DNA from: Cyanophyceae cyanobacterium
GTDB taxonomy: Bacteria > Cyanobacteriota > Cyanobacteriia > Cyanobacteriales > JBHJGN01
Reading direction: 5' to 3'
DNA length: 64,000 bases
Assembly: GCA_050331735.1 (NCBI GenBank)
Contig: JBHJGN010000014.1
Coordinates: 1 to 64,000, forward strand
Both the position numbers and the translations under genes were made by a program. Shown piece by piece: positions 50,328 to 59,651 of this stretch. Within the stretch, counting starts at the first letter, position 1. Each line of letters opens with the position of its first letter. The notes below the pieces were generated by a model. The model did not search any database. It worked only from the letters and a program-made list of their open reading frames with translations, and was not told the origin of the DNA.

Positions 50328-51674
50328 CTAGGCTCCCAAGGTGATAAACTGCGTTTGATTCCAAAGGCTCAAGGGCAGCAGAGTAGAGCCATCCCACTCC
50401 CCAAATACCGCGAGCGGTCGTCCGCCTCCAACCGCCATAAGCTCCCACCCCTTGTTAAAGCGTGGCGAGAGCGGGAGGACTGATCCCGCTCGATCCTGTA
50501 GCCACCAAGCCTCGGCTCGATATCGCGGTGCAACCTGACGCAGCGTGAGCGGAAACTGCTCTAGCCAGGGGTTCTGACTCAGAGCCTGAGCATAGCGGGC
50601 AATGGCTGCTTCGATCTCCTCAAAACCTAGCTCTGGGTCGGGCAAAGCAGAGACGACTTCCTCCCGTGATTCAACGAAGGCTCGCTGGACGCCTGTGCCG
50701 GGATAAAAAAGCAGTTCGCCACTAAGGCGAGTTCCCGGAACTAAACTCATGTCTAAGGGGTGTTGACCGTAGGCAAAGCTGAGCACGAGAGCCGGCTGCT
50801 GCTGCTGGCAACCCCAGAGCCAAACGCGCTGGGTACGCAAATTATCTTCTTCAGTAACGGCTCTGCCCAGGATCTGCCACGTATCTTTGAGGCACTTTAC
50901 CAGAGGGTCCGCCTGCTCGACGCGCTGATGTAGATCATCTTGAGTCTGGGACCAGCCAATCTGCGATCGCAGTTCAGCCTGCATTAACGGCGCTAGACTC
51001 TCTAGCCGCTCATAGCCCTGCACCAGCAGGTGTAGCTGTCCTAGGGCTGCTAACATCCGTTCTGGCCAGCCTTCGCCAGAATGGGGAATGCTAGCTAGAG
51101 CCCGCACTCGCCGCGCTAGTCCGGGGGCCTGTGCATCTACCAGTCGTGCTGCGGCCCGATCCCAAAAGCTGTACGGCTGATTCGGCAGCGCGGCTAACCC
51201 TTGTCGAATAATATCCTGCATCCACTGCCTGAAGTCCGCAAGACCCGCCGCGACTTTAACCGTTCGCTGTTGCGCTCGTTTGGCCTGGGCGGTCGGGTCG
51301 GGGGCTGCTTTCGCTTGCTTGTTCTGCTGGCGAGCCGCCGTTTGAGAGCGCTTTTCTAGCCATTCCACGACCCAATCTGGCGCAGCGTTTTGGTTAAAAA
51401 CATCTGTTTGCTCTGTCAGCAATAAAAAGAGACCTAAAGCATGTTTGCAGGGAAACTTACGGCTCGGACAGCTACAGCGAAAAGCTGGTTCCCCAAGGTC
51501 GATTTGGGTTCGATAGGGATTTTTGCCACTGCCTTTACACTCTCCCCACGCCGCCCGACCTGAGCAGCCAAGCAGTGACCATTTAGAAACGTTAGCCAGA
51601 GTTTTCCCATTTTTGGTAGAGCTAGCGTCCGGCGAGAGTGCTAGTACTTGCTCAGATGTCCATTGAAGTGTCAT
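50328..51674 (-). CDS. SWIM zinc-finger protein (YehQ-like)
   Basis: WGEC.GSG..PY, CSCPSRKFPCKH and AARLVDAQAPGLA motifs. Confidence 0.85.
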   Translation of the reverse strand: MTLQWTSEQVLALSPDASSTKNGKTLANVSKWSLLGCSGRAAWGECKGSGKNPYRTQIDLGEPAFRCSCPSRKFPCKHALGLFLLLTEQTDVFNQNAAPDWVVEWLEKRSQTAARQQNKQAKAAPDPTAQAKRAQQRTVKVAAGLADFRQWMQDIIRQGLAALPNQPYSFWDRAAARLVDAQAPGLARRVRALASIPHSGEGWPERMLAALGQLHLLVQGYERLESLAPLMQAELRSQIGWSQTQDDLHQRVEQADPLVKCLKDTWQILGRAVTEEDNLRTQRVWLWGCQQQQPALVLSFAYGQHPLDMSLVPGTRLSGELLFYPGTGVQRAFVESREEVVSALPDPELGFEEIEAAIARYAQALSQNPWLEQFPLTLRQVAPRYRAEAWWLQDRAGSVLPLSPRFNKGWELMAVGGGRPLAVFGEWDGSTLLPLSLWNQTQFITLGA

Positions 51675-52038
51675 GTCGCTTTTGATAAGCAGCCAAAACC
51701 GTTAGTTTTTTAGGAGGTGAATGATTAAACTATTTTGCCCTTCAGATGTACTCGCGCAATCATTAGTTCAAATGAACTAGTCAGAATATAACATTCGATT
51801 TGGGCAGAAACAAGATTCCTAAACCTGCTCTCTCGCAGTCCTCAACTCCTTCTAGGTTAAGGCGTTGTTGAAATCGTGCCCCAGTTGAAATGAGCGGTAA
51901 TGTTACCTGCGGTCGGGCTTCGTCACAACTTCTCTCTAGACGGTCATAAGGTTGCTTGAGAAGATTGTCGAATTTAAGCAAAATGCAGTCGTGATTCAGC
52001 GCGAAGGCTAAGCTGAAGATATTATCCTGCGAGCAACT

Positions 52039-53076
52039 GTGATGATAGCGCTTTCTTCTGAACTACGGACAAAGCTCTCGACTCCTCTCAAAATTGGTTC
52101 TGTTGAAGTGAGTAGTCGCGTGTTTCAGTCTCCCCTATCGGGAGTGACGGATTTAGTCTTTCGTCGCTTGGTGCGGCGCTATGCCCCTCAGTCAATGATG
52201 TATACAGAGATGGTGAGCGCGAAGGAGATTCATCATCTCGAGCGCTTGCCGATTGTGATGGAGCTTGATCCGCACGAACAGCCGATTAGTATTCAGCTCT
52301 TTGACTGTCGCCCGGACTTTATGGCTTGTGCGGCTCAAAAAGCAGTGGTCCAGGGAGCCTCCACCATTGATATTAATATGGGGTGTCCGGTGAATAAAAT
52401 TACTAAAAAAGGCGGTGGTTCTTCGCTGCTGCGTCAGCCGGAAGTGGCGGAGGCAATTGTGCGGACGGTTGTGGAAGCGGTGGATGTGCCAGTTTCGGTG
52501 AAGACGCGCCTCGGCTGGTGTGATCAGGAAATTAACATTCTGGAGTTTGCTCAGCGGATGCAGGATGCTGGAGCGCAACTGCTGACTCTCCACGGACGAA
52601 CCCGCGCCCAAGGCTATACGGGGACGGCTCGCTGGGAGTGGATTGGACGAGTGAAGGAAGTGCTGTCTATCCCGGTGATTGCCAACGGAGATATCTTTTC
52701 TGTAGAAGCCGCCGTGCGGTGCTTAGAAGTTACGGAAGCGGATGGAGTAATGTGCTCTCGGGGAACTTTAGGCTATCCGTTTTTAGTCGGAGAAATTGAC
52801 TATTTTTTGAAAACGGGGAAAACTTTACCGCCGCCAACAACGGTGGAGCGCTTAGAGTGTGCGAAAGAACATTTGCAAGCTTTAGTAGAGTATAAAGGCG
52901 ATCGCGGCGTGTACCAGGCGCGTAAGCACATGGCGTGGTACTGCAAAGGCTTTCCAGGAGCGGCTCAGTTGCGCGATCGCTTAGCGCGTTTGGAAAGCGC
53001 TGAGGAGGGAGGGTGGATGATTGATGAGGCGATCGCCCTACTCTATTCCGACACGAAACAAAACGACCAATACTAA
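52039..53076 (+). CDS. dusB: tRNA-dihydrouridine synthase B
   Basis: TEMVS, DINMGCP, HGRTR and IANGDI motifs. Confidence 0.93.
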   Translation: MMIALSSELRTKLSTPLKIGSVEVSSRVFQSPLSGVTDLVFRRLVRRYAPQSMMYTEMVSAKEIHHLERLPIVMELDPHEQPISIQLFDCRPDFMACAAQKAVVQGASTIDINMGCPVNKITKKGGGSSLLRQPEVAEAIVRTVVEAVDVPVSVKTRLGWCDQEINILEFAQRMQDAGAQLLTLHGRTRAQGYTGTARWEWIGRVKEVLSIPVIANGDIFSVEAAVRCLEVTEADGVMCSRGTLGYPFLVGEIDYFLKTGKTLPPPTTVERLECAKEHLQALVEYKGDRGVYQARKHMAWYCKGFPGAAQLRDRLARLESAEEGGWMIDEAIALLYSDTKQNDQY

Positions 53077-53090
53077 CAAAGTCCAGGTAA

Positions 53091-54443
53091 TCACCGAACG
53101 TAATCCATCACTGAACCTTGGCTAACTCCTGTTAGTTTACGATACATGAGTACGGCTTCTGCTTCACTAAATCCGGCGACAATATCCACCACCATTCTTT
53201 TCTTTTCTAGAGTGACATCCTCGCCGCGATCTTCCCGCTTGGATAACTCTGAATAGTCTTTAACAAATCGAGCAGGAATTAAGCTTAATTGTCGCTCTTC
53301 AACCGCTTCGGCATACACGGCAAACAGGGTGCTAATAATCTTGCGCTGACCGTACTTTTGAATAGCCAATCGAGCATTATTAATCATGTAGGACCAAACA
53401 ATTTGCTGCAAGAAACTTAACTCTTCCTCTTTGGCTGGGTCACGTTGGAGATAGCCATCTTTGCCATATTGACTATCTAGTTCTACAGAGTTTACATAAA
53501 TTTGAATAAGCTGTGAACTGACAAGCTGAATTTGAGCTTTCTGTTCTACGGAACCCAGACTGTATTTGCCGCCGAGGTTGTAGGTCGCGTTGAGGAAACT
53601 TTGGAACCGCTGCGGATTCTTATAGACAGCATGAGCAATAGGATCGTAGGGAGCATCTTGCAGCCATTCATTAACGAAGCGAGCAAATTCGTCGGTATCT
53701 GTTGCTAGTAACTCTAGCGGAATTAAACCAGCTAAATAAAAATCTTCTAAATCGTGGACGCTATAGGTAACATCGTCAGCAAAATCCATGATGCTTGCTT
53801 CAACAGTTTGCCGCTCATCCTTTTGTAAGGCTCTAGCAAACTCAAAAGCTTCGCAATCTAATTCATACACCCCATATTTCCGCCATTTTTTAGAGTTAGT
53901 CTCCTTGCCGACTCGATCTCGCGTCCAAGGATATTTCAGAACTGCGTTGAGAGTGGCCCTGGTGAGGTTTAATCCGTGGTAATTAATGCGATGAATACCG
54001 AGGCGGGTTAAAATCCGAAACGATTGAGCATTGCCCTCAAACCCATCGTATAATCCGCTCCTTCTCGCGCACCGATCCAGTTCTTCTTCGGCAATGTGAC
54101 CAAAAGGCGGATGACCGAGGTCGTGGGCTAAAGCGGCAGCTTCCACAACGTCGGGGTCGATTCCGCCGAGGCGTTGGGCGAGATCTGGCTGTTCGACTAA
54201 CAGTTTCTCGGCCAGCCTTCTGGCCACCTGAGCTACTTTTAGCGTATGAGTTAGGCGATTATGGAAAACGTGTCCTTCATTGGTGCTGACTACCTGAGTG
54301 ACCTGCGCCAAGCGCCGGAAAGCGGAGGAATAGAGAATGCGATCGCGGTCCACCTGGAACGACGAGCGCTGATCCCCAGGCTTGTTTCCCGTTTTAGAAA
54401 AGGATTGATGTTGCCGCTCTTGCCGACTATTTTTCGCGGACAT
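53091..54443 (-). CDS. dgt: dGTP/dNTP triphosphohydrolase (HD family)
   Basis: DRDRILYS.AFRRL, NRLTHT, HDLGHPPFGH, FEGNAQ, KYP and DD..Y..HDLED motifs. Confidence 0.92.
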   Translation of the reverse strand: MSAKNSRQERQHQSFSKTGNKPGDQRSSFQVDRDRILYSSAFRRLAQVTQVVSTNEGHVFHNRLTHTLKVAQVARRLAEKLLVEQPDLAQRLGGIDPDVVEAAALAHDLGHPPFGHIAEEELDRCARRSGLYDGFEGNAQSFRILTRLGIHRINYHGLNLTRATLNAVLKYPWTRDRVGKETNSKKWRKYGVYELDCEAFEFARALQKDERQTVEASIMDFADDVTYSVHDLEDFYLAGLIPLELLATDTDEFARFVNEWLQDAPYDPIAHAVYKNPQRFQSFLNATYNLGGKYSLGSVEQKAQIQLVSSQLIQIYVNSVELDSQYGKDGYLQRDPAKEEELSFLQQIVWSYMINNARLAIQKYGQRKIISTLFAVYAEAVEERQLSLIPARFVKDYSELSKREDRGEDVTLEKKRMVVDIVAGFSEAEAVLMYRKLTGVSQGSVMDYVR

Positions 54444-54629
54444 TCCTCTGACAGCAGATGATGGATGCTCTGTACGTTAACCATACCCTATTACAGCCTT
54501 CTGTTGAAGGCAAGGCAAGTCACAAGCCCCACGAAACAATTCGGGGAGAGCCATTAAAAATGCCAGCTTAAAAATTCACAATGCCCTTTTTTTAAGTGTG
54601 TATTGTTGATTTTGAATTCCCACCCTGAC

Positions 54630-57452
54630 CTATACCGTCTGCGGCTGTTGCTGCGGCGGCTGTTGCTGCGGCTGGAACTGGAAGAGCGAGTACACGACGT
54701 TTCGGCGAATATCGGTCATCATCTCCAGGAACATCTCGTATCCCTCCTGCTTGTATTCGATCAGCGGATCTTTCTGTCCGTAGCCTCGCAGACCAACAGA
54801 CTCCCGCAGGGCATCCATAGCCTGCAAATGCTCCCGCCAGAGCGTATCGATTTGTTGGAGAATAAAGAACCGTTCAGCTTGCCGCATCAAGCCGGGCTGA
54901 ATTTTATCAACCTGATGTTCTTTGATGTCGTAGGCTTTACGCACTTCTTCATGAAGAAAGGTTTTGATTTCGCCCACGGTCATGTCTTCGAGCTGAGCTG
55001 GCTCTAAGTCCTGAAGCAGGTAGATAAATTCCTTGACTTTACTGACCAGGCTATCCAAATCCCACTCTTCTGGGGGCAGTTCCGGGTTTACATAGGCCTC
55101 AACAATGTCGGTCATCGTTTGTTCGGCGTACTGAATGACCTGCTCCTTGAGGTCTAGCCCTTCGAGGACGCGGCGGCGCTCCGCGTAGATAGCGCGACGC
55201 TGATTGTTCATCACCTCATCGTACTCGAACACCTGCTTCCGCATATCGTAGTAGAACGTTTCTACCTTCTTCTGCGCTCCTTCTAAAGAACGAGTCAGCA
55301 TTTTGGACTCAATGGGCATATCTTCTTCAACCCGGAAGGCATTCATCAGTCCCGCGACGCGATCACCGCCAAAGATCCGCAGCAGATTATCTTCCAAGCT
55401 TAAAGAGAAGCGGGTTGAGCCCGGATCGCCCTGTCGTCCGGCCCGTCCGCGGAGCTGGTTGTCGATTCGCCGCGAATCGTGACGCTCGGTGCCGAGAACG
55501 TGCAGTCCTCCGAGTTCGATCACTTCGTCGTGTTCTCGCTCGGTATACTGCTCGTATTCTTTATAGATAACCTGATACACTTCTCGCAGCTTTTGAATCA
55601 CGGGGTCATTAGTGGGTGCTTTTTCAGCGGCGATCGCCACTTTTTCTTCCGCTTCTAGCTCCGGCAGGCTTTGTTCGCCGTACTGAGCCACCGCAAATTT
55701 CACCGCCTCTTTCAACATCTGCTCGGCTTGGGGAGAGAGCTGCGTCGGATAAATCTGCGGAGAGGCTTGCCACGTCTTCACCTTCTTCCCGTCTCCGGCA
55801 AAGCCCTGAGATTTCTTGCGTTTGCCGCCCATCGGCATTACCACCGTCATGGCATCTTCTTCCGGCATGACAATTTTGGGCATCAGGTATTCCCGGAGCT
55901 TCAGACGCGCCATATAGTCGGCATTCCCGCCGAGGATAATGTCGGTGCCTCGTCCAGCCATGTTGGTGGCAATGGTGAGTGCGCCCTTGCGTCCTGCCTG
56001 CGCCACCGTTTCTGATTCCCGCTCCACGTTTTCAGGTCGAGCATTGAGCAAGTTGTGGGGGATATTTCTTTGATGGAGCAGGCTAGACAGCAACTCTGAT
56101 TTTTCAACGCTCGTGGTTCCCACTAGCACAGGTCGCCCTTTTTCGTGCATCTCGGCACATTCTTGAGCGACTGCTTTCCACTTGGCCACCTCGGTTTTGT
56201 ACACGACATCCGGGAGGTCGTACCGCTGCGAGGGAAGATTGGTGGGAATAATCGTGACTTGGAGGTTGTAGACCTTTTCAAACTCGGTTTCTTCGGTCTT
56301 GGCGGTTCCGGTCATCCCGGCTAGCTTGGGATAGAGCAGAAAGAAATTTTGGTAGGTAATCGTGGCGAGGGTTTGGGTCTCGTTTTGAATATCAACTCCT
56401 TCTTTCGCCTCGATAGCCTGGTGCAGTCCATCGCTCCACCGTCGCCCGGGCATCACGCGCCCGGTAAACTCGTCTACAATAATAACCTCGTTGTTGCGAA
56501 CGATATATTTGACGTCTTTAGCGAACAGTTCTTTGGCTTTAACAGCATTAAAAATATAGTGCGCCCAAGGATTTTCTGGATCGTAGAGATCGTCAACTCC
56601 TAGAAGTTCCTCAGCATGAGCAAATCCTTCGTCGGTCATCAGCACATTGTGTGCTTTTTCGTCAACCTCGTAGTCTCCAGGACCGTCTTCCTCTTCCTGC
56701 TGCACCAGCGTCCTCGCCACCTGTGCGGCCTTCATGTATTTCTCGGTCGGACGCTCGACCTGTCCAGAAATAATCAGAGGAGTTCGGGCTTCATCAATCA
56801 GGACTGAATCCACCTCGTCAATGATGCAGTAGTTAAAGGAACGCTGGACAACCTCTGCCATCGAGGTAGCCATGCTGTCCCGCAGGTAGTCGAATCCTAA
56901 TTCGCTGTTGGTGGTGTAGGTGATGTCGCAGGCGTAGTTTTTTTGGCGCTCATCTGGAGACATGCCGGCCTGAATTAGCCCGACGCTTAACCCCAAGAAA
57001 CGGTGAACCTGTCCCATCCACTCCGCATCTCGACGAGCCAGATAATCGTTGACCGTGACGATGTGAACGCCTTTGCCCGTCAAGCCGTTCAAATAGGCGG
57101 GTAGGGTAGAGACGAGCGTTTTTCCTTCTCCGGTTTTCATTTCGGCAATTTGCCCTTTATGTAAGACAATACCGCCGAGAATTTGAACGTCATAGTGACG
57201 CATGCCCAAGACTCTCACAGCAGCTTCCCGCACCACAGCAAAAGCTTCTGGCAATATATCCTCTAGGATTTCTTCCCGCTCTCGGTCGGATTGAGCCTTG
57301 GCAACTTGCTCCTTAAACTCAACCGTTTTTTGCTTGAGTTCTTCATCAGATAGCTTCTGAATCTCCTCTTCAAGAAGGTTAACTTCAGTCACTAAAGGTT
57401 GAAATTTTTTCAGCTTACGCGCGTTCGGGTCGCCTAGGAGTTTTTTGAACAT
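54630..57452 (-). CDS. secA: Preprotein translocase ATPase SecA
   Basis: [24 protein letters not shown] and [14 protein letters not shown] motifs. Confidence 0.98.
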   Translation of the reverse strand: MFKKLLGDPNARKLKKFQPLVTEVNLLEEEIQKLSDEELKQKTVEFKEQVAKAQSDREREEILEDILPEAFAVVREAAVRVLGMRHYDVQILGGIVLHKGQIAEMKTGEGKTLVSTLPAYLNGLTGKGVHIVTVNDYLARRDAEWMGQVHRFLGLSVGLIQAGMSPDERQKNYACDITYTTNSELGFDYLRDSMATSMAEVVQRSFNYCIIDEVDSVLIDEARTPLIISGQVERPTEKYMKAAQVARTLVQQEEEDGPGDYEVDEKAHNVLMTDEGFAHAEELLGVDDLYDPENPWAHYIFNAVKAKELFAKDVKYIVRNNEVIIVDEFTGRVMPGRRWSDGLHQAIEAKEGVDIQNETQTLATITYQNFFLLYPKLAGMTGTAKTEETEFEKVYNLQVTIIPTNLPSQRYDLPDVVYKTEVAKWKAVAQECAEMHEKGRPVLVGTTSVEKSELLSSLLHQRNIPHNLLNARPENVERESETVAQAGRKGALTIATNMAGRGTDIILGGNADYMARLKLREYLMPKIVMPEEDAMTVVMPMGGKRKKSQGFAGDGKKVKTWQASPQIYPTQLSPQAEQMLKEAVKFAVAQYGEQSLPELEAEEKVAIAAEKAPTNDPVIQKLREVYQVIYKEYEQYTEREHDEVIELGGLHVLGTERHDSRRIDNQLRGRAGRQGDPGSTRFSLSLEDNLLRIFGGDRVAGLMNAFRVEEDMPIESKMLTRSLEGAQKKVETFYYDMRKQVFEYDEVMNNQRRAIYAERRRVLEGLDLKEQVIQYAEQTMTDIVEAYVNPELPPEEWDLDSLVSKVKEFIYLLQDLEPAQLEDMTVGEIKTFLHEEVRKAYDIKEHQVDKIQPGLMRQAERFFILQQIDTLWREHLQAMDALRESVGLRGYGQKDPLIEYKQEGYEMFLEMMTDIRRNVVYSLFQFQPQQQPPQQQPQTV

Positions 57453-57560
57453 GGCTCTTCTATAACTTTTTTTGTCATTTGTTCAGGCTTTTGCCCGCAA
57501 AGAGTAGCTATTGACAAACGACCGATCTCGTATATCTAATAATGATATTATCATTTGTTG

Positions 57561-57650
57561 AAGTCGCTCCGCGACGGGAAAGGAGAAAACTGTCCGACGG
57601 GACGGAGACAGGCAGTCGAGAATAAGCTGAACAAGCCTGCCCTGTTCCCT
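57561..57650. repeat. Composite repeat, degenerate copy H
   Basis: AA-GTCGC-TCC-GCGAC-GGG at 57561-57578; core remnant GAATAAGCTGA. Confidence 0.6.
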
Positions 57651-57708
57651 GCGTTAACGGCGAAACCCAGGATCAAGCTTAGCAACCGCCGTTGCCGCTG
57701 TCGTGCCC

Positions 57709-59577
57709 TTAACCAAGACAGTCATTTTTCCCGCAGCTTCGCAGCTTTGCTCGCGCTAGAAACGTCTTGGCAAGCGATGTTTCTAGAGGTTTGGCATAAA
57801 AATATCCTTGGGCAAATTGGCACTGCAAGGCTGTGAGCTGACTTTTTTGGGCGCTGGTTTCTACGCCTTCGGCCACGACGCTCAGCTCTAGCTGCTGGGC
57901 GAGCGTTGTTATCGCCTGAACGATTTTGTGATTTTTGTTCTGTTCGTCGAGGTTGCTGATGAACGACCGATCGATCTTGAGGCCATCGACCGGAAAGCGA
58001 TGGAGATAGCTTAGCGAAGAAAATCCAGTCCCGAAGTCATCGATAATTAACTCAATGCCGCGGGCTTTGAGCTGGGTAAATACCTCGGTGGTGCGATCGC
58101 TGTTGCACATGAGGGCACTTTCAGTAATTTCCAGCTTTAAAGACCGCCCCGCTAGCCGAGTGTGGGCGAGTATCCGGTCGGTTTGTTCGATCAGGTCGGG
58201 CTGGATAAACTGTTTTGGGGACAGATTGATGCTCATCTTCATCGCCGCATCGCACAGTCCCTGGGCTTGCCACTCCTGAAGCTGATGGCAGGCTTTCTGC
58301 ATTACGAATAGACCGATGGGAATAATTAACCCGGTCTGCTCCGCTAACGAAATAAACTCCTCTGGAGACACCAGACCGCGTTGGGGATGATTCCAGCGAA
58401 TCAGCGCTTCAAAGCCAGCAATGCTGCCGGTATCGAGGGCCATAATCGGCTGGTAATACACCTGAAACTCTTGCCGTTCCACGGCTAGTCGGAGGTCTGT
58501 TTCCGCCTGGAGCCGACGCTGAGCCTGACTGTGCATACTGGCGTTAAAAATTTGATAGCGGGCTTGTCCGAGTTCCTTGGCTCGATACATAGCCGTATCC
58601 GCATCTCGCAGCAGCGTTTCTGGCTGTCGGTAGTCGGGACGACCCAAAACAATGCCGATACTGGCGTTGACAAACACTTCCTGCTGTTTAAGCGGAAACG
58701 GTAACGTCAGCTCGCGGTGAATCCGTTCAGCGGTGGCGATCGCATCGTTCTCGTTTTTGATGCCTGCTAGCAGAATGGCAAACTCGTCTCCGCCGAGGCG
58801 GACAATAATATCGGCGGGACGCAGACAAGCCTGTAGCCGCTCAGACATCGCCACCAGCAGCCGATCTCCAACAGAATGGCCCAAAGAATCATTCACCGCC
58901 TTGAAGTTGTCGCAGTCGAGACATAGAATCGCAAACTGGTAATTTTGCTGCTGTTTAGCGATCGCTAAGGTTTGTTTGAGCTTTCTGATTAACCAGGTGC
59001 GGTTCGGCAGGGTGGTCAGGCTATCATAAAGGGCTAGATAAAGCAGCCTTTCCTGGGCCTTCTGGCGTTCAGCGACCTCTCGTTCTAGTTGAGCCGTGCG
59101 CTGCTTGACTCGCTGTTCGAGTTCGGCATTGAGCAGGGAAATCTCTGCTTTAGCGGCCTGAATCGCCAGTTGATTTTTGATTCGCGCCAGCACTTCCTCC
59201 ACCTGAAAAGGCTTGGTTATAAAGTCAGCACCGCCAGCGGAAAACGCTTTGACTTTATCTAGCACGTCATCCGTCGCGCTCAAAAAGATCACCGGAATCG
59301 CTGCGGTGAGAGGATTGTGTTTGAGGCGCTGACAGACTTCATAGCCATCGATCCCTGGCATCATAATATCGAGCAGAATCAGGTCTGGTGGAGCCGCCTG
59401 TACGCCCATCAGCGCCATTTCTCCGTTAATGACACCCCGAACCTTGTAGCCCCGCTCCCGCAGCATCGTAGAGAGCAGATTGATGTTCTCGACCGTATCA
59501 TCGACAACCAAAATACTGGCTTGACTGCCCAAAGTGATGGGAGATATGAGTTCTGGTTGTAAGCCGTTATTCATCAT
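57709..59577 (-). CDS. REC-GGDEF-EAL c-di-GMP enzyme
   Basis: REC domain (DIMMP, KPF), RLGGDEF, FEALIRW and DDFGTGFSSL motifs. Confidence 0.94.
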   Translation of the reverse strand: MMNNGLQPELISPITLGSQASILVVDDTVENINLLSTMLRERGYKVRGVINGEMALMGVQAAPPDLILLDIMMPGIDGYEVCQRLKHNPLTAAIPVIFLSATDDVLDKVKAFSAGGADFITKPFQVEEVLARIKNQLAIQAAKAEISLLNAELEQRVKQRTAQLEREVAERQKAQERLLYLALYDSLTTLPNRTWLIRKLKQTLAIAKQQQNYQFAILCLDCDNFKAVNDSLGHSVGDRLLVAMSERLQACLRPADIIVRLGGDEFAILLAGIKNENDAIATAERIHRELTLPFPLKQQEVFVNASIGIVLGRPDYRQPETLLRDADTAMYRAKELGQARYQIFNASMHSQAQRRLQAETDLRLAVERQEFQVYYQPIMALDTGSIAGFEALIRWNHPQRGLVSPEEFISLAEQTGLIIPIGLFVMQKACHQLQEWQAQGLCDAAMKMSINLSPKQFIQPDLIEQTDRILAHTRLAGRSLKLEITESALMCNSDRTTEVFTQLKARGIELIIDDFGTGFSSLSYLHRFPVDGLKIDRSFISNLDEQNKNHKIVQAITTLAQQLELSVVAEGVETSAQKSQLTALQCQFAQGYFYAKPLETSLAKTFLARAKLRSCGKNDCLG

Positions 59578-59651
59578 CGAGATAACTTGTTAGAGGGAAC
59601 GATAGAGGAGGGCTGATAGGCTGAAGTTCGATTGGCTCAGTGAGAATGAGT

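Noticed and set aside
51781..51981. 66-aa ORF upstream of the SWIM gene as a sixth operon member
   Set aside because: TTG start, no RBS and no motif. It lies in the divergent promoter region shared with dusB.
54639..54675. CTG/CGG/TTG triplet repeat at the secA 3' end
   Set aside because: It encodes a short Q/P low-complexity tail. Absence of the SecA zinc finger is normal in cyanobacteria.
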